Source of the DNA: Eledone cirrhosa | Taxonomy: Eukaryota | Assembly: GCA_964016885.1 (NCBI GenBank) | Contig: OZ024743.1 | Span: 54,374,001-54,438,000 of the forward strand | Length of the DNA stretch: 64,000 nt | Reading direction: 5' to 3' | Shown here: positions 14,352 to 34,393 of the stretch, piece by piece | Position numbering within the stretch: position 1 is the first letter of the stretch | Layout: every line of letters begins with the position of its first letter | Notes under the pieces: generated by a model | Seen by the model: the letters and a program-made list of their open reading frames with translations, nothing else | Databases searched by the model: none | Told to the model about the DNA's origin: nothing | Program-made: the position numbers and the translations under genes

Positions 14352-14541
14352 TGTTTCTGCTTTTGGCACAAGGCCAGCAATTATTCAGTGCATTACTGGT
14401 ACTTTATTTTATCGACTCTGTAAGGATGTAAGGCAAAGTTAACCTCGGTGGGATTTGAACTCTGACCGTAAATGGCCGTAACTCTATGTCGCAAAGCATG
14501 ACGTCCGACCCTCTACCGATACTGCCAATCCACCGTCCCTC
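14352..14541 (-). mobile_element. SINE family 1 with 15-bp TSD
   Basis: GGAGTTAAGAATAAT flanks both sides. Confidence 0.85.
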
Positions 14542-15058
14542 GGAGTTAAGAATAATGTAAATATAAAAGAAAAGTCAACAATTAAAAATACCACAAGAGA
14601 ATATAACAATACAATGATGACATTCCAGTTTTAGGTTTACTATTGTTGGAAAAGAGAGTTAATGATTTGGACGCTAGTCCTTCATCAGAAGATAGACAAA
14701 TGGAATGAGAGACAGTAGAGAGGATACTTGGGAGAGCGAAGAAGTAAAAAGAAAATAGTCAAAAGGAAGAAAACTAGAAATTGTACATGTTTTGAAATAT
14801 AGAATCAGTAGAAGAAACCAATGTCCCAGATTTTAATGTGGGTTTTGATTGGACTTTGCATCTTCATATAAGAGATGCCTATATTTATCAGCGCAAACGG
14901 TTTAAGCTTGACTGTAGACCTAGATCTCTTATAATAATATCTACAGTATACTTTCCTTGAAAGCATGGTTTACTAAGTTGAATAATGGTTTTACTAGTCC
15001 CAACAAGTAATGACTTATCCATCTCACCCAATCTCTCCCTCTCTATCAGTGTACACAG

Positions 15059-15089
<31 letters not shown>

Positions 15090-15311
15090 CATATATACAC
15101 GTGTGTGTGTATGTGTGTTAGTTAGGTGTATAACTAGAGTTACAGGCGGCACGCCGTAATACACGCGCGCACACACACACACACGCACACACATACATAC
15201 ATATATATATATATATATATGTCTCGGAGTATATATGAATGTATGCATGTATATGGGTGTATGTATGTATGTATATATATATACACATACACACACACCC
15301 ATATATATATT

Positions 15312-15351
<40 letters not shown>

Positions 15352-15619
15352 ATATATACATACATATCTTTCTTTCGTTTTGGCTCAAGTTATAATGTCT
15401 TCCTTAATGATTTAAAATATCGGGAAATTATACTAATAGCTGGGAGGATATATGATGGTGTAGGGGGTATTTTGGGTTGTTCTTGATATTGTTAGTGGTG
15501 ATGGGGGTTATGGTGATGCTAATGATGATATGTCCACAGGAGGGGGATATAATGATATTTGTTTTTTTCCACTACACATATACATGCGTATGTGTGTTTG
15601 TGCGTGTGTATTATATATA

Positions 15620-15688
<69 letters not shown>

Positions 15689-15767
15689 GTATGAATATGT
15701 GTATATATATATGTATGTATGTATATGTGTATGTATATATATATATATGTATGCATATGTGTGTATG

Positions 15768-15805
<38 letters not shown>

Positions 15806-15898
15806 CATGTTGTTAAATTCATTGATTTTGACAGCGTGTATATTATGATAAAGTGATACTAAAGATTTCAGATAGAAACTGAATATTGACTTTAAATT

Positions 15899-15899
<1 letters not shown>

Positions 15900-15948
<49 letters not shown>

Positions 15949-16006
15949 GGTGGTGGTGGTGGTGGCGGCGGTGGTGGTAGTAGTAGTGGTGGTGGTAGTA
16001 ATAGTG

Positions 16007-16050
<44 letters not shown>

Positions 16051-16114
16051 GGCGGTGGTGGTGGTGGTGGTGGTGGTGGTGGTGGTAGTAGTAGTGGTGG
16101 TGGCAGTAGTAGTG

Positions 16115-16150
<36 letters not shown>

Positions 16151-16240
16151 GCAGTAGTAGTAGTAGTGGTGCTGGTGGTAGTAGTAGTAGTAGTAGGAGT
16201 ATTTGTAGTAGTAGTAGTGGAGGTGGTGTTGGAGGTGCTA
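15900..16240. repeat. (GTA)n/(GTG)n trinucleotide tract
   Basis: Directly visible. Confidence 0.95.
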
Positions 16241-16319
16241 CGTATATAGTATTAGTAATGGTGATAATTTATGTAGTGTCATACCATGTGCCCTGAACTG
16301 CTGATAAAGTCGTAAGGCC

Positions 16320-16702
16320 ATTTTAAACCTGACGGAATTCACCCCTGCCCATGTCTAAGTTCATTTTAAACCTGATGAAACCCATCCTTCTCTATGTCTA
16401 AGGGTATTTTATACCTGACGGAGCTCATCCTTCTCCATATCTAAAGGGTATTTTAAACCTGACGGAGCCCACCCCTTTGCATGTCTAAGGGAATTTAAAC
16501 CTGATGGAATCCATCTTTCTCCATGTCTAAAGGGTATTTTAAACTTGGCGGATCTCTCCCTTTCCATGTCCAATGGCATTTTAAGTCTGACGGACTCATC
16601 CCAATCCATGTCTAAGGGTATTTTAATTCTGGCGGAGCCCATCCCAATCCATGTCAAAGGTTATGTTAAACCTGAATGAATCCATCCCTCTCCATGTCTA
16701 AG
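16320..16702 (+). repeat. Minisatellite, 9 units of about 43 bp
   Basis: Consensus approximately ATTTTAAACCTGACGGAGCCCATCCTTCTCCATGTCTAAGGGT. Confidence 0.9.
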
Positions 16703-17459
16703 CACATCTATTTCTTCTGGAGAAGAAAAAAAGAGGGTGGAGTCGTGTGGCCGTGTGATAATGATGTTGGACTAACGATAATAAGTCGTGGTTCGATTCT
16801 TAGAATGGGTTGTGTGTTATTTTCTTGAGCCAAATGCTTCATTTCGTGTTGCTTCCGTATGCTCAGCTGAAAATTAGTGCGAACAATATCTAGGAGCTTA
16901 AACCTGCTCTAGACTGACGTCATATCCATAGGGGAGTCTTGTACTCTCAATCGTTGCTCGCTACAAAAAGCGAGATAAGCACCGGTCCATTGAGCTTCCC
17001 GTCTCAAGGCAGACATTAGAATTAGATTAATTTCTTGGGCAAGTGTCTGTATCATAGCCTGATGGATGGACTGTTGGAAGAGTGTCAGGATGGACTCTAT
17101 CTGCGAGTTATAGGTCCAGTATTGTCACATATTCTGTCTCATATATCTATGGGATACTCAGCCATTTAAACTAACATACAAGAGGGAATGTACCTGTAAT
17201 CTAAAGCTTTAGCTTGTCACATATTTCGTAATATGTACCTGTGAAATACTCAGCCACATACAAGATAAAGTCTACATAACAAACAAGATAAAGTCTACCT
17301 GAAATGTAAAAGTGCAGTTTTGCCATATATTGTGTCACTCTGATTTAGCTTGGGGATTAGGTTATGGGTAAGGTATCAATAGGAATATTTAGCCCCTTAC
17401 ACTTTAATTCACAGGAGCAAACAAAGAGAGAGAGAGAGAGGGGGTGAGAGAGAGAGGGG

Positions 17460-17521
<62 letters not shown>

Positions 17522-17603
17522 GGGCAGAGAGTTGATATGAAAGAATTAAGAAAGGGGAGAAAGAAAAAGAGAAATACATAATAAAAAGTATCGAATGCCT
17601 GAA

Positions 17604-17656
<53 letters not shown>

Positions 17657-17727
17657 CCCACTCCGAAAAGCGTGAACCTAATAAACCTTTATTGTCTGCC
17701 TCTCTGTTTTGTTCCCGTATAAATTTG

Positions 17728-17763
<36 letters not shown>

Positions 17764-18000
17764 CAAATGGAAACTATATTTATAAAACCATATTTATTTC
17801 ATTATACATATTTCAAGGACACCAAGTTAAATTATGGTGTGCTTTCATCAAATAAAATATAATATAGAGCAGTTTTATAAATAAATATTGACATACCCTT
17901 TAAGAATGCGACCATTTCTGTTGGAAGCTCCAATAATTTGAGTGCTTTATATCAGTTATACAAATATTTGCTTGTGTATCCCAACAATCTAAATAGAACT
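17764..18000 (-). mobile_element. Solo Penelope terminal fragment (same family as the 11.9 kb and 60.8 kb ends)
   Basis: AAATGGAAACTAT.TTTATAAAACCAT is shared with 11871-11900. Hammerhead-like motif at 17800-17857. Inserted between (TA)n tracts. Confidence 0.65.
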
Positions 18001-18002
18001 TC

Positions 18003-18050
<48 letters not shown>

Positions 18051-18055
<5 letters not shown>

Positions 18056-18388
18056 CAGGAAAGAAGAGTGTCACGGTTTGCTATACAAAAAAGGTTTTTA
18101 ATCTCATTGCTGACAATTGTTTCTCTGAACTGGTAGGTCTAGAGATCGATATCCGCTTATTTTCACGTTACTCGATCGCCAATACAAAGTTATAACCAGT
18201 CAGTTCATCGGAGCTTGCGAGAAAGCTCCGATGAACTGACTGGTTATAACTTTGTATTGGCGATCGAGTAACGTGAAAATAAGCGGATATCGATCTCTAG
18301 ACCTACCAGTTCAGAGAAACAATTGTCAGCAATGAGATTAAAAACCTTTTTTGTATAGCAAACCGTGTCACTCTTCTTTCGTGATTTA
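18051..18388. repeat. Near-perfect palindrome, arms about 166 bp, 6-nt loop
   Basis: The arms differ at about 2 positions. Loop GCGAGA at 18217-18222. The ORF track shows the same peptide on both strands. Confidence 0.95.
18225..18330 (+). ncRNA. Hammerhead-like motif with about 80-nt stem II (mirrored on the minus strand at 18109-18214)
   Basis: GCU-CCGAUGA-A-CUGACUGG...CCAGUUCAG-A-GAAACAAUUGUC^AGC, with palindromic ACAAUUGU stem III. Confidence 0.55.
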
Positions 18389-18549
18389 TTATTGCTCCAA
18401 GTGTTTACAACATAGGAATTACAGCGTACTCGCAGCATCACTATGGAAACGCCTTGTTGAGTCAAACTTAGCCAAGCGTTGATATCATCCGGAGTACCAT
18501 AACTGGACTACACCTAAGTGGACTGCATATAACTATTATTTGTTACCCC

Positions 18550-18606
<57 letters not shown>

Positions 18607-18821
18607 AATATGTATATATATATATAAATATGTATATATATATATAGGGCGGTGGTGCCCCACCATGGCCTCAGTCGGATGGCTGGAAATGGAAAATGAG
18701 TTAAAAGAGTTATATGTATATACGCATACACACACACACACACACACGTATATATATATATATATATATATAGATAGATAGATAATATATATATATCCAT
18801 ATACAGATAGATAGATAGATA

Positions 18822-18890
<69 letters not shown>

Positions 18891-18994
18891 ACATATAATA
18901 CACATACATACATATTTATATACATACTTACATGCAAGCATACAGAAATATACATATACGGTGTGGTAGGGAATTGAGTGAAACGAAGAAGAAG

Positions 18995-19025
<31 letters not shown>

Positions 19026-19036
19026 GATATGGAGTA

Positions 19037-19102
<66 letters not shown>

Positions 19103-19546
19103 GAGAGAAAGAAAAAAAAATAGTAATACAGTAGTAATACTGTAAAACAGTCATACAAAAGCACTTGACGTTTGGTAATATTTGATACAAAGTAGAGATG
19201 ACAGGTGTAAAATGTAGTCTTTATTGCTAGGCGGAATTATAGCATTAATCTCGCATCGATCGGCCGAAAATGCCAGCTATTACTTAAGACTTATCACTGC
19301 CATATTTGCCCCTGGTGCTAAAATATTGGACACTGATTCTTCAGGACATTTTTCTCACAAAAAACAAAATGGAGTTCAGCTAAAATTACTAAGTGAAATG
19401 TAGTCAGCAAGCAATTTCAATATGTGTTGGGGTCTTTTTCGCAGGCAAATTGATTACGTATAGCATATATCACACCACCACATGAAAAGATATGATCACA
19501 TATACATACATGTATACATGCACACAAACACAGACTTTCTGTCACA

Positions 19547-19643
<97 letters not shown>

Positions 19644-19776
19644 TGTCTGTCTGTGTGTGTGTGTGTATTCCTTCTGACATATTCTTTAACCTTTTAGCTG
19701 TGCAACACCACTAATATATATACATATATATACATATACATATATATATGTTTATTTATATATATATGTATGTATG

Positions 19777-19815
<39 letters not shown>

Positions 19816-19858
19816 ACTGTTGCACAGCTATAGGAAGAATGGAGAGAGAGAGAGTGTG

Positions 19859-19975
<117 letters not shown>

Positions 19976-20174
19976 CAGAGAGAGAGAGAAAGTGAAAGAG
20001 AGAGAGAGTGAAAGAGAGAGAGAGGGAGAGAGAGAGTGAGATTCTTTATTTGTTTAGAAAGAAATCTTTCAGAATAAAAATATATAAAGGAAAAACATTC
20101 TAGGGCTCTCTCCCCCCTCTCCCTCTCTCTCTCCCTCTCTCTCTCTTCTCTCTCTCTCTTCTCACTCTCTCTTA

Positions 20175-25455
<5,281 letters not shown>

Positions 25456-25839
25456 TCTATCTATCTTTCTATCTATTTCTATCTATATGTCTCGCTCTCT
25501 CTCTATCTGTCTCTCTATCTATCTTTCCCCTACTATTTCTTCTCCCCCTCCCTATCTGTCCCTCTCACTCTATCTACCCCTCTCTATCGCTCCTCTTCTC
25601 TATCTCCCTTTCTCTCTGCCTTTCTCTCTCTCTCCTTCTTCCCCTCTCTATCTCCCACCTCTTTCTATTACCCCCTTTATCTCTCCCTCTCACTCCATCT
25701 CCCCCTCTCTCTGCCTCTTTCTCTGCATCTATCTTCCTCTTTATTTTATATCCCTCCCCTGCCACTGCCACTCTCCATCCAACGTAGCAAGATCTCCACC
25801 CTTTCATGGAATGGCAATATTTCCATAACTACATTTACA

Positions 25840-26298
25840 AACACCACCACCACCACCAACACCACCTCCACCACCACGCTACAACAAACTCCAACACCTC
25901 CAACACCACCAACACCAACAACACCATCAACACCAACACCATCACAACCACCACCACCACCAACACCACCATAACCATCACCAACACCAACAACATGATC
26001 AACACCAACAACACCATCACAACCACCAGCAACACCACCACTACCATCACCACAACCACCACTAACACCACCACAACCTCCACCAACACCACCACCGACA
26101 ACACAACCACTGCCACCAACACCACCACAACCTCCCCCAACACCATAACAACCACCACCAACAACACCACCAACACCACCAACACCACCAACAACACCAC
26201 CAACTCCAACTCCACCACCGTAATCCTCACCAACGCCACCATCACAACCACTATTGCCACCACCACTGCCCCTTCCATGCCTACTACTGCAACTAACT

Positions 26299-26346
<48 letters not shown>

Positions 26347-26368
26347 ATAATAATAATAATAATAATAA

Positions 26369-26399
<31 letters not shown>

Positions 26400-26409
26400 A
26401 CTACTACTG

Positions 26410-26471
<62 letters not shown>

Positions 26472-26495
26472 ACTGCTGCTGCTGCTGCTGCTCTG

Positions 26496-26529
<34 letters not shown>

Positions 26530-26530
26530 A
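25840..26530. repeat. (ACC/AAC)n, (CTA)n, (AAT)n and (CTG)n compound tract
   Basis: Directly visible. Confidence 0.95.
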
Positions 26531-26709
26531 CAAAATGAATATATCTCATGATGATTGATCTTGTTTTTTCTTTCTTTTTGACAGCCTTGACCAAAGTGAC
26601 CTCTGGTCAAACGCACTCTAGTCTTAACCTTTCCGTTTTTTCTTTATTTTTTCATAAATTCCATCAGTAACGTTTCCACATTGTTGTTCAAACACGGTAT
26701 ATCTTGGAG

Positions 26710-27053
26710 TACTTTCGGGTCTCGAATAACCCCATCCCACCTTACTTATTAATTGTTCAGATTGTTTCCAGCCCTTCCGTTTTTATTCCACTCCACCCCG
26801 CTTATTAAATTTTGCCAATCTATCTCCGGCGAAATTTATTTTAATTTTCTTTATACATTAAAAAACATTACTAGAAATCCCATACGTTATAAAATAAATA
26901 GGATGGGTTGGGGTCTCAATATGTAAACTAAACAACTAATTCTAGTTTTTGAAAAAATCAATAGAGACAACCTGGAAAAATGATCGATTTTAGACCCCCA
27001 TTCCACCACCCCGCTTATTCCACCACACCCATACTATTTGGGACCTGAGAGTA
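26710..27053 (+). mobile_element. MITE with about 20-bp TIRs bounded by TA
   Basis: TACTTTCGGGTCTCGAATAA ... CTATTTGGGACCTGAGAGTA. The internal sequence matches 42898-43258 in reverse. Confidence 0.75.
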
Positions 27054-27569
27054 CTTTATCTAATGTGACTATTTTCAGAAGATTGTAATTTATGTTTTAA
27101 GAGAGATTGGGTTGTTATTTCTAGCGCCTTAATCTCTCACAGACTGTGGTACTCGTTGTGTCTATGTCCACCGAAGTGACGCTTTATCACGCAGAGTAGC
27201 ATGGAAGGGATCTCTGTCAGTTTTGATGATCACTGTTCCAGTTGATCGATCAACGTGTTAACCTGCCCGTGAAATGAACGAGAAATTAAGTGGTTGAATA
27301 TACCATAGATGCACGTACCCACCTATCACGTAATTCTCAGGGAGATTCAGCGTGGCAGTGTGTGATAAGTCTTTCCCTTTGAATTACTGGTGCGGTTCCG
27401 TCGACTGGCTTCAAAACAGTTTCCATCAAGCTAATTTTATACACAAGACTACGGTAAATGATAATTGTGTGCAGTAGGATCAAATCTGTGACTTATTGAT
27501 TGCAAAGTAAACTCCTTAACCATTCAGTCAAGCTATGTCTAGAATGAGCCACCATGTTGTTGGACCTCC

Positions 27570-27886
27570 GTCTGTTTCGACGATGAGTGCCATAGTTATT
27601 CGATCAATGGGGCAACCTGTTCAAGAAATTAACGTACATGTAGCTAGTCATTCCACATACGCATGTACTCGTAACATAATAATCTTCAGGGAGAGTCAGC
27701 GTGGCACAGTGTGTTCCAAAGCTGGCCATTTAAATTATATGGATACAACTCAGTTTTGCTACCTCAAAGGAGTAGAGCAACGTAAAATATTATTTCTTGA
27801 TCAAGGATACAAGGTACCGCCGGAAATCTCACTCGGAATCTTGTGTTCTTGAACCGAACACTCTAATCACTGAACCCCGCACCTTC
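27570..27886 (-). mobile_element. SINE family 2, full length
   Basis: tRNA-like head, TCCTTGA.CAAGA core-like motif and family body. Confidence 0.75.
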
Positions 27887-28698
27887 CAAATGAGTCCCAA
27901 TGAGCCACTGTTAAATATGAGTCATTCACTGCCAAAATTCATTCGCTATTGCCAACATAGTTGACCACATCATCGGCAATCAAACTTTAGGCAACCAACC
28001 GATACCATCGACTACAGCAATACATACTCACATGTATACATACGCTTATACGCACACACACAAATACACACAGACGCATATGTATACACACTTATACGTA
28101 TCGTATATATATATATATATACGCACACACATACGCTCGCGCACTCACATACACACAGATGTACAGGCACATGCACACACGGACACACATACATACAAAC
28201 GCATGCACAAAAACACACACACACATATATATATATTCGTGTGTGAGTGTATCATTGCTACTGCTAACGAGAAACTACATAATATATATCATAGATAAGT
28301 CATAGATAATTTATGGCTAAACACATCCGGGTGTAGCAAGTGTTAATATTTATTGGTTGTAATCTAGTGTCTATCTAATATTAGGTATTGGCGGGCTGGT
28401 TTGACAGTGAAATATATAGCCTTTATAACTGTCAGACTAATAGGAAGCAGGCAAAATATTGTAGTTCATTGGCCCAAAATACAGATATATAGAGATATAT
28501 ATAAAGAGAGATAGATAGCGATCGAATAATATATACAGAGGAAGACTTGAATAGAGAGGTATAGATTCATGGAGATATGGAGATAGATGTAGAAAGATAT
28601 AGAGATAAACATAGACAGAGATAGAGATAAATAGTCAGAGAGATGTAGAGAGATGGATAGAATGATGGAGACATATATAAAGAATAATAGAGAGGGTT

Positions 28699-28758
<60 letters not shown>

Positions 28759-28926
28759 GGGGGGGGGTGATACGGAGATGGATGAGTAGAGATATAGAGG
28801 GCTAAAGAGCGATGGAAAGAGTTATAATGATATAAAGAGGGATGGATAGAGATACAGAGACATAGAGAGAGAGAGATGGAGAGAGATATGGATATATATA
28901 TAGAGAGAGTTGAAGAGAGATATACA

Positions 28927-28962
<36 letters not shown>

Positions 28963-29131
28963 TATGTAATAGAGATAGAGATATATGGATACACACACAC
29001 ACATACACACACACACACATCCATGCAATCCTCTAGCATCTCTAATTGTATCTGCATATATTTGTGTGTGTGTATATGTGTGTGCATGTATAAATTAGTG
29101 TGTCCTATTACGTATGTATGTGTCCTATTAC

Positions 29132-29171
<40 letters not shown>

Positions 29172-29390
29172 GAATAATCGAGTATCGAAAAATCGGCGCA
29201 CGAGTTCACGATAAACAAAATTCGAGATGATCGGCAGAGGGCTCTATAATTCAAATAAATTAGAGCTATAACTATCGTTAAAATACCGTCACACGTAGAA
29301 TATGTCTACAAACAACCAAATAACCGAAAAGTTCGATATGGAAGATTCGGGCCACTCAGATAAATTATCAATAAATCAATAAATGAAATG

Positions 29391-29426
<36 letters not shown>

Positions 29427-29532
29427 CAGTAGACTACATATATAGGTGTGATAAATATACAATCATAAATACATATGCAGACTTGTGTCTACGTGTAAGT
29501 ATGTAAGCAAACTATAAATTACAAATCTGAAT

Positions 29533-29657
<125 letters not shown>

Positions 29658-29866
29658 AACATACATTTGTAACGAGCGTCATTTCGTTACCATATTTCAA
29701 ACGTCAGAAACTGCCTATGCCTATGATTTTCAAATACTTTTAATTCTTAAGCACTTAACAGAAAATATATAAAAACCCAACTTGTTAATTCAAATGTTTG
29801 TAGTATCTTTACTGGTGAAAATCTGCTGTAAAATAAAGTACAGATTTTTATTTTTAATGTGATGCA

Positions 29867-30085
29867 GGGGCGGTAGATTGGCAGTATCAGTAGAGGGTCG
29901 GACGCCATGCTTTGCAGCATAGAGTTACGGCCCTTTATGATCTGATTTCAAATCCCGCCGGAATTCACTTTGCCTTTCATCCTTACGGGGTCGATGAAAT
30001 AAAGTACCAGTCCAGCACTGGGGTCGATTTAATCGACTTTCTCCTCCCCCAAAATTGCTGGCCTTGTGCCTATATAAGAAACCAT
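29867..30085 (+). mobile_element. SINE family 1, full length
   Basis: GGGCGGTAGATTGGCAG start, A and B boxes, central domain and tail. Confidence 0.85.
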
Positions 30086-30181
30086 TTTGTGATGAAGTCA
30101 GTGTTGCTTTGTACTTTTCAATAATATTTTGATATTGCGCTTTCATGTGGCAGAAGACATTCTCAATATTACGCCAGTGTA

Positions 30182-30404
30182 GGGCGGTGAATTGGCAGAA
30201 TTGGTAGAGCGTCGGACCATCTGCTGCACGGCATAGATTTAGGGCCCTTTACGTTCTGTCTTCAAATCTCACTGAGGTTAACTTTGCCTTTCATCTTTAC
30301 GGGGTCAATAAAATAAAGTACCAGTAATGCACTGGGGTTGATTTAATCGACTTTTCGTTCTCTTTAAAATTGCTGGCCCTGTGCCTAAATCAGAAACAAT
30401 TATT
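30182..30404 (+). mobile_element. SINE family 1, full length
   Basis: Same consensus as 29867-30085. Confidence 0.85.
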
Positions 30405-32055
30405 ACACCAGTGTTTGGAGCATAATTTTACAAACTATCTTACATAAAATCATGGTAAATATAAACGTTCAACCTACTCATTAGCATTTTTTAATGAAAG
30501 TCATGTCTTTCAAATTATTTTCCAAAAGTTAATCAACAATTTCAAGGAATTTTGGAATATAATTTCTCCTAATTTAGGTGGTGTTTGCAACAAAATTAAA
30601 CAATACTTTCTTTCATAAAATTATGATGAAAGGTGTTTAGATAAATATAAACACTTTAAGATAAACCGTTTTGTAACATTGAACCACGGGCAGTTTCATT
30701 AAAATTCTAATAATTTCCTGTTATAACATCCTATTCATTGAAGTTTTGAACTGTCTAGTTGTTAGATATGTAACAGCACACACATTGTGTAAGATTGTAG
30801 CACTTGTACAATTTTGTGTGTTCTTTTTATGTAGAGGCGTGGGGCCTAGTGGTAAGAGTGATGGGTTTACGATCGAAATGTCATGGGTTCGATTACTGGG
30901 CTGGTTTGTGGTTGTTTTCTTGAGCAAAACACTTCATTTCATTTTGCTCCAGTATACTCAGCTACGCATGTTAATCCTGGTGAATATCATGAACAGTAGA
31001 TGTGACTACACGCACCCATGTCGAGGTCCGACATGCAAATACTACGGCATTCATATAAAGACTTCGGTATAACAAGAAGCTACCCATCGATCCCATATTT
31101 CTGCAAGACTTCCCACAACAAATCCTATGGTTGCGGTCATATGCCTTTTCGAAGTCGACGAATCAAGCATACACGTCTTGGTATTACTCCCACGTTTTCT
31201 CAAAAATCTCTCACAGTGCCAACTGTGATACTTCCGCGTTGAAAATCACATGAAATTTATGGTAAAAGTGCAAAGAGTATTTAACCGGCTTTCCCAAAGC
31301 AACCAGAACCTCATATCTTAGATGGAATATAATAGACGTCTGACGGACTTCTAAACAGTCACCATCTATCCCATTACATTCACAACGCGTGGACTGATGA
31401 GAGGCTGCTGTGGATGATACTCCCCCAAGAGGCAATGCAGTGGGCTCTAATCTAAGGCCTCATGATTCCAAAGCAAATCTCAAAATGTATCGTGTAAACT
31501 AACAATACACTCTAAATTTCACTTCACATTCGTGGAAAAATGACAGAATTAATACACACACGTGTCTTCAAGTACATAAATTATTTAATTTCATGTTTGT
31601 CTTTTGTTTTTTTTTTACGTTGGAGTCTAATTAATCAACGTGATATATTTTTCAATCTAATGCAAGAAAAAACAGAAACAAAATACAAAAAAAAAAAAGA
31701 AAAACATAGAGAAAAGGTATAATTGTAATTAGTTGATATATTTTTAATATTCTCTAATTTGTAATTGTTCTGGCTCAACTCTCTTGATATATGGATTGTT
31801 AATTATTATTTAATTTCTGTATGATTAGCACTTGGTTATATTTGCTTTCGGTTTAGTGGTGCGTGTGTATCCGCGCGGTTTCGTGGTCGGTGTGTTTGGC
31901 TGAGGATCGTAAAATCGCAAGTTCGATTTCTAGACCTGGCTGCAGGCTGTCTCCTTGCAGTGCTGAACTTACCCATAAGCCAAAGCTTAGTGTCACATAC
32001 TCTCCGGGACATCAACGTTTAAAATATATATTTATTTTTTCACAGCTTTTTTTAA

Positions 32056-32275
32056 GGGCGGTAGATTGGCAGTATCGGTAGAGGGTCGGACGCCCTGCTT
32101 TGCAGCATAGAGTTACGGCTCTTTATAATCTGAGTTCAAATCCAGTCGAGATTTACTTTGCCTTTCATCCTTACGGAGTCGATAAAATAAAGTATCAGTC
32201 ACGCACTGGGGTCAATTTAATCGACTTTCCGCTCTCACAAAATGGCTGGCCTTGTGCCTATATAAGAAACAATTT
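32056..32275 (+). mobile_element. SINE family 1, full length
   Basis: Same consensus as 29867-30085. Confidence 0.85.
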
Positions 32276-32314
32276 TATCATTACTTTTTCCTTTTTCTTC
32301 TTTAACACTGAATC

Positions 32315-32399
<85 letters not shown>

Positions 32400-32989
32400 C
32401 GTAAAATAAGAAAATTATAGTAATTAACTTACTTACTTAAATTTCACTCCAACTAATTAGTTTCTGAAAGGGGATATACATATTCTTCAAATGGAGACCA
32501 TGGAGAATCCTTTCTTCATCAGGGAGTCATTCTCGGCTAAGATTCCTGGCAATACGCGGACACAGGGAACTTATACAAAAATAATTCAGTGGATGGAAAA
32601 AAGCAAGCGCAGACTAAATTCCAAGACATTGAAAATTTCACTGCCTTCCTGGTCAGTGGCAAATTCAAAAGAATCAATCACGTGACATCGAGGTTAATCA
32701 GTGAGGAGTGGGGTGTTAAAAAGACAGTAGCCAAACTAATACTATGAACCATAGTAGTAATTTAAATAAATTTTTGCTCAACAAAATAATTTGGAGATAA
32801 TTATAAAGAATTAGTATATCTACCAACGTATTTATACTTACGCTAGCAAAGATATATATATATATTTATATATGTGTGTGTGTTATTTATTCCTTATCAT
32901 TAACATTAATATAAAAATAATAATCATGTATAATATAATGTTTTTACCCGAATTTCATATAGATAAGTGCCTTAGTAGTTAAAGATCCG

Positions 32990-33170
32990 ACCCTGTCTTC
33001 TTGGGAAAGACTCCTTATTTCACGATTCCCCAGTCTACGTAGTAGGAAAGAAAGAATAACAACGAACAACGACAATGGTGACAAAATGTAGCGATCCTTG
33101 TCTTTTCCCTTGGACACGACCAGTGGCGTGGAAAATGGAGACTGAATCCATAGCAATTATCAAAGGAGCA
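32990..33170 (-). pseudogene. Small RT fragment of an L1/Tx1-type LINE
   Basis: ILSPLSLFVVILSFLLRRL resembles the QGCPLSPLLYVL.LEPLLR segment. Confidence 0.4.
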
Positions 33171-33406
33171 GTCATGTCTCAAACTGTGTTATGCTGGAGT
33201 TTACTTTAAGAGAATACGCGTGTGTTGAATGCTCAACCACTTGCACGTTATTTTCACGAGCAAGCTGTCCCGTTAGTCTAACCGCTGGAATACTTATCGT
33301 CATAGCCGTCTTATCATAGACTGTATCACAATGATTATACACAAGGATTACATTAAGAGTAACAGGTTTCTATGGAACACAGAGACGTACACACTCATAC
33401 ACACAC

Positions 33407-33508
<102 letters not shown>

Positions 33509-33983
33509 CCACCAGACCATTTTTGCAGACCTTACCATTCTTCAGCAGAGCATGTTAATATTGCCACTTAATAAAAACCCTTTGTTTGCTTAGAATAAAT
33601 GAACCCTGAAAATAGGAGAGCCTGTCAGTGTGTATGTGTTTGTCTATAGGTACTTAGTGTGAATTCACTTTTGACTTTGTATCACTAGGTACTTTTCTCT
33701 AAATATAGTTTTTTCAAAGAACCCCATTCTTTAAATCCACGGCCTCTCACCTCCACCCATCCAAATCACCACCTACCCCTACAACCAGAAAACATATAAA
33801 TACCAACTTATCACATTGACAGTCGGCTTTCTGATGATTTCCTTCGAATAAAACAGTTCTAGTCCGGTAGAAGCCATTTCTAAATTAAACTTTTATACTC
33901 CGATATGTATTGAGTACCTTATTTACTGTGGTTACCCTCGCTTGACCCTGACACACACACGCACAAACATAAATATATCTATA

Positions 33984-34044
<61 letters not shown>

Positions 34045-34059
34045 ATATCTATATATATA

Positions 34060-34110
<51 letters not shown>

Positions 34111-34127
34111 ATATATCTATATATATA

Positions 34128-34177
<50 letters not shown>

Positions 34178-34189
34178 ACAAAGATATCA

Positions 34190-34324
34190 GGTAAGATATC
34201 AGGTGGACTATAACAGACTACTTGATACTTAGGGTAGTAGAGTAGGCAATAGGAAAAGAGTCAAGACCCCGGATCTAGCTGTCGAAACCGCCAGAGCTCA
34301 GCCGTCGGGTCCTGACTCTTTTCC

Positions 34325-34327
<3 letters not shown>
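34190..34327 (+). mobile_element. Short hairpin element, copy 2 (internal deletion)
   Basis: Homologous to 4152-4307 and flanked by TA repeats. Confidence 0.8.

Positions 34328-34390
<63 letters not shown>

Positions 34391-34393
<3 letters not shown>

Noticed and set aside
15938-16249. Poly-Val ORF
   Set aside because: It is a (GTA/GTG)n repeat.
16320-16702. CRISPR-like array or tandem hammerheads (CTGACGGA/CTGATGAA in each unit)
   Set aside because: The variable parts are homologous to each other rather than unique spacers, the context is eukaryotic with no cas genes, and there is no stem II/GAAA arrangement.
25806-26558. 250-aa Thr/Asn-rich mucin-like ORF
   Set aside because: It is a trinucleotide repeat tract, open on both strands, with no non-repetitive domain.
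32470-32528. Possible minus-strand hammerhead (CUGAUGA...GAAGAAUAUGUA)
   Set aside because: Stem II is weak, GAAA is altered and stem I does not pair; too degenerate to call.
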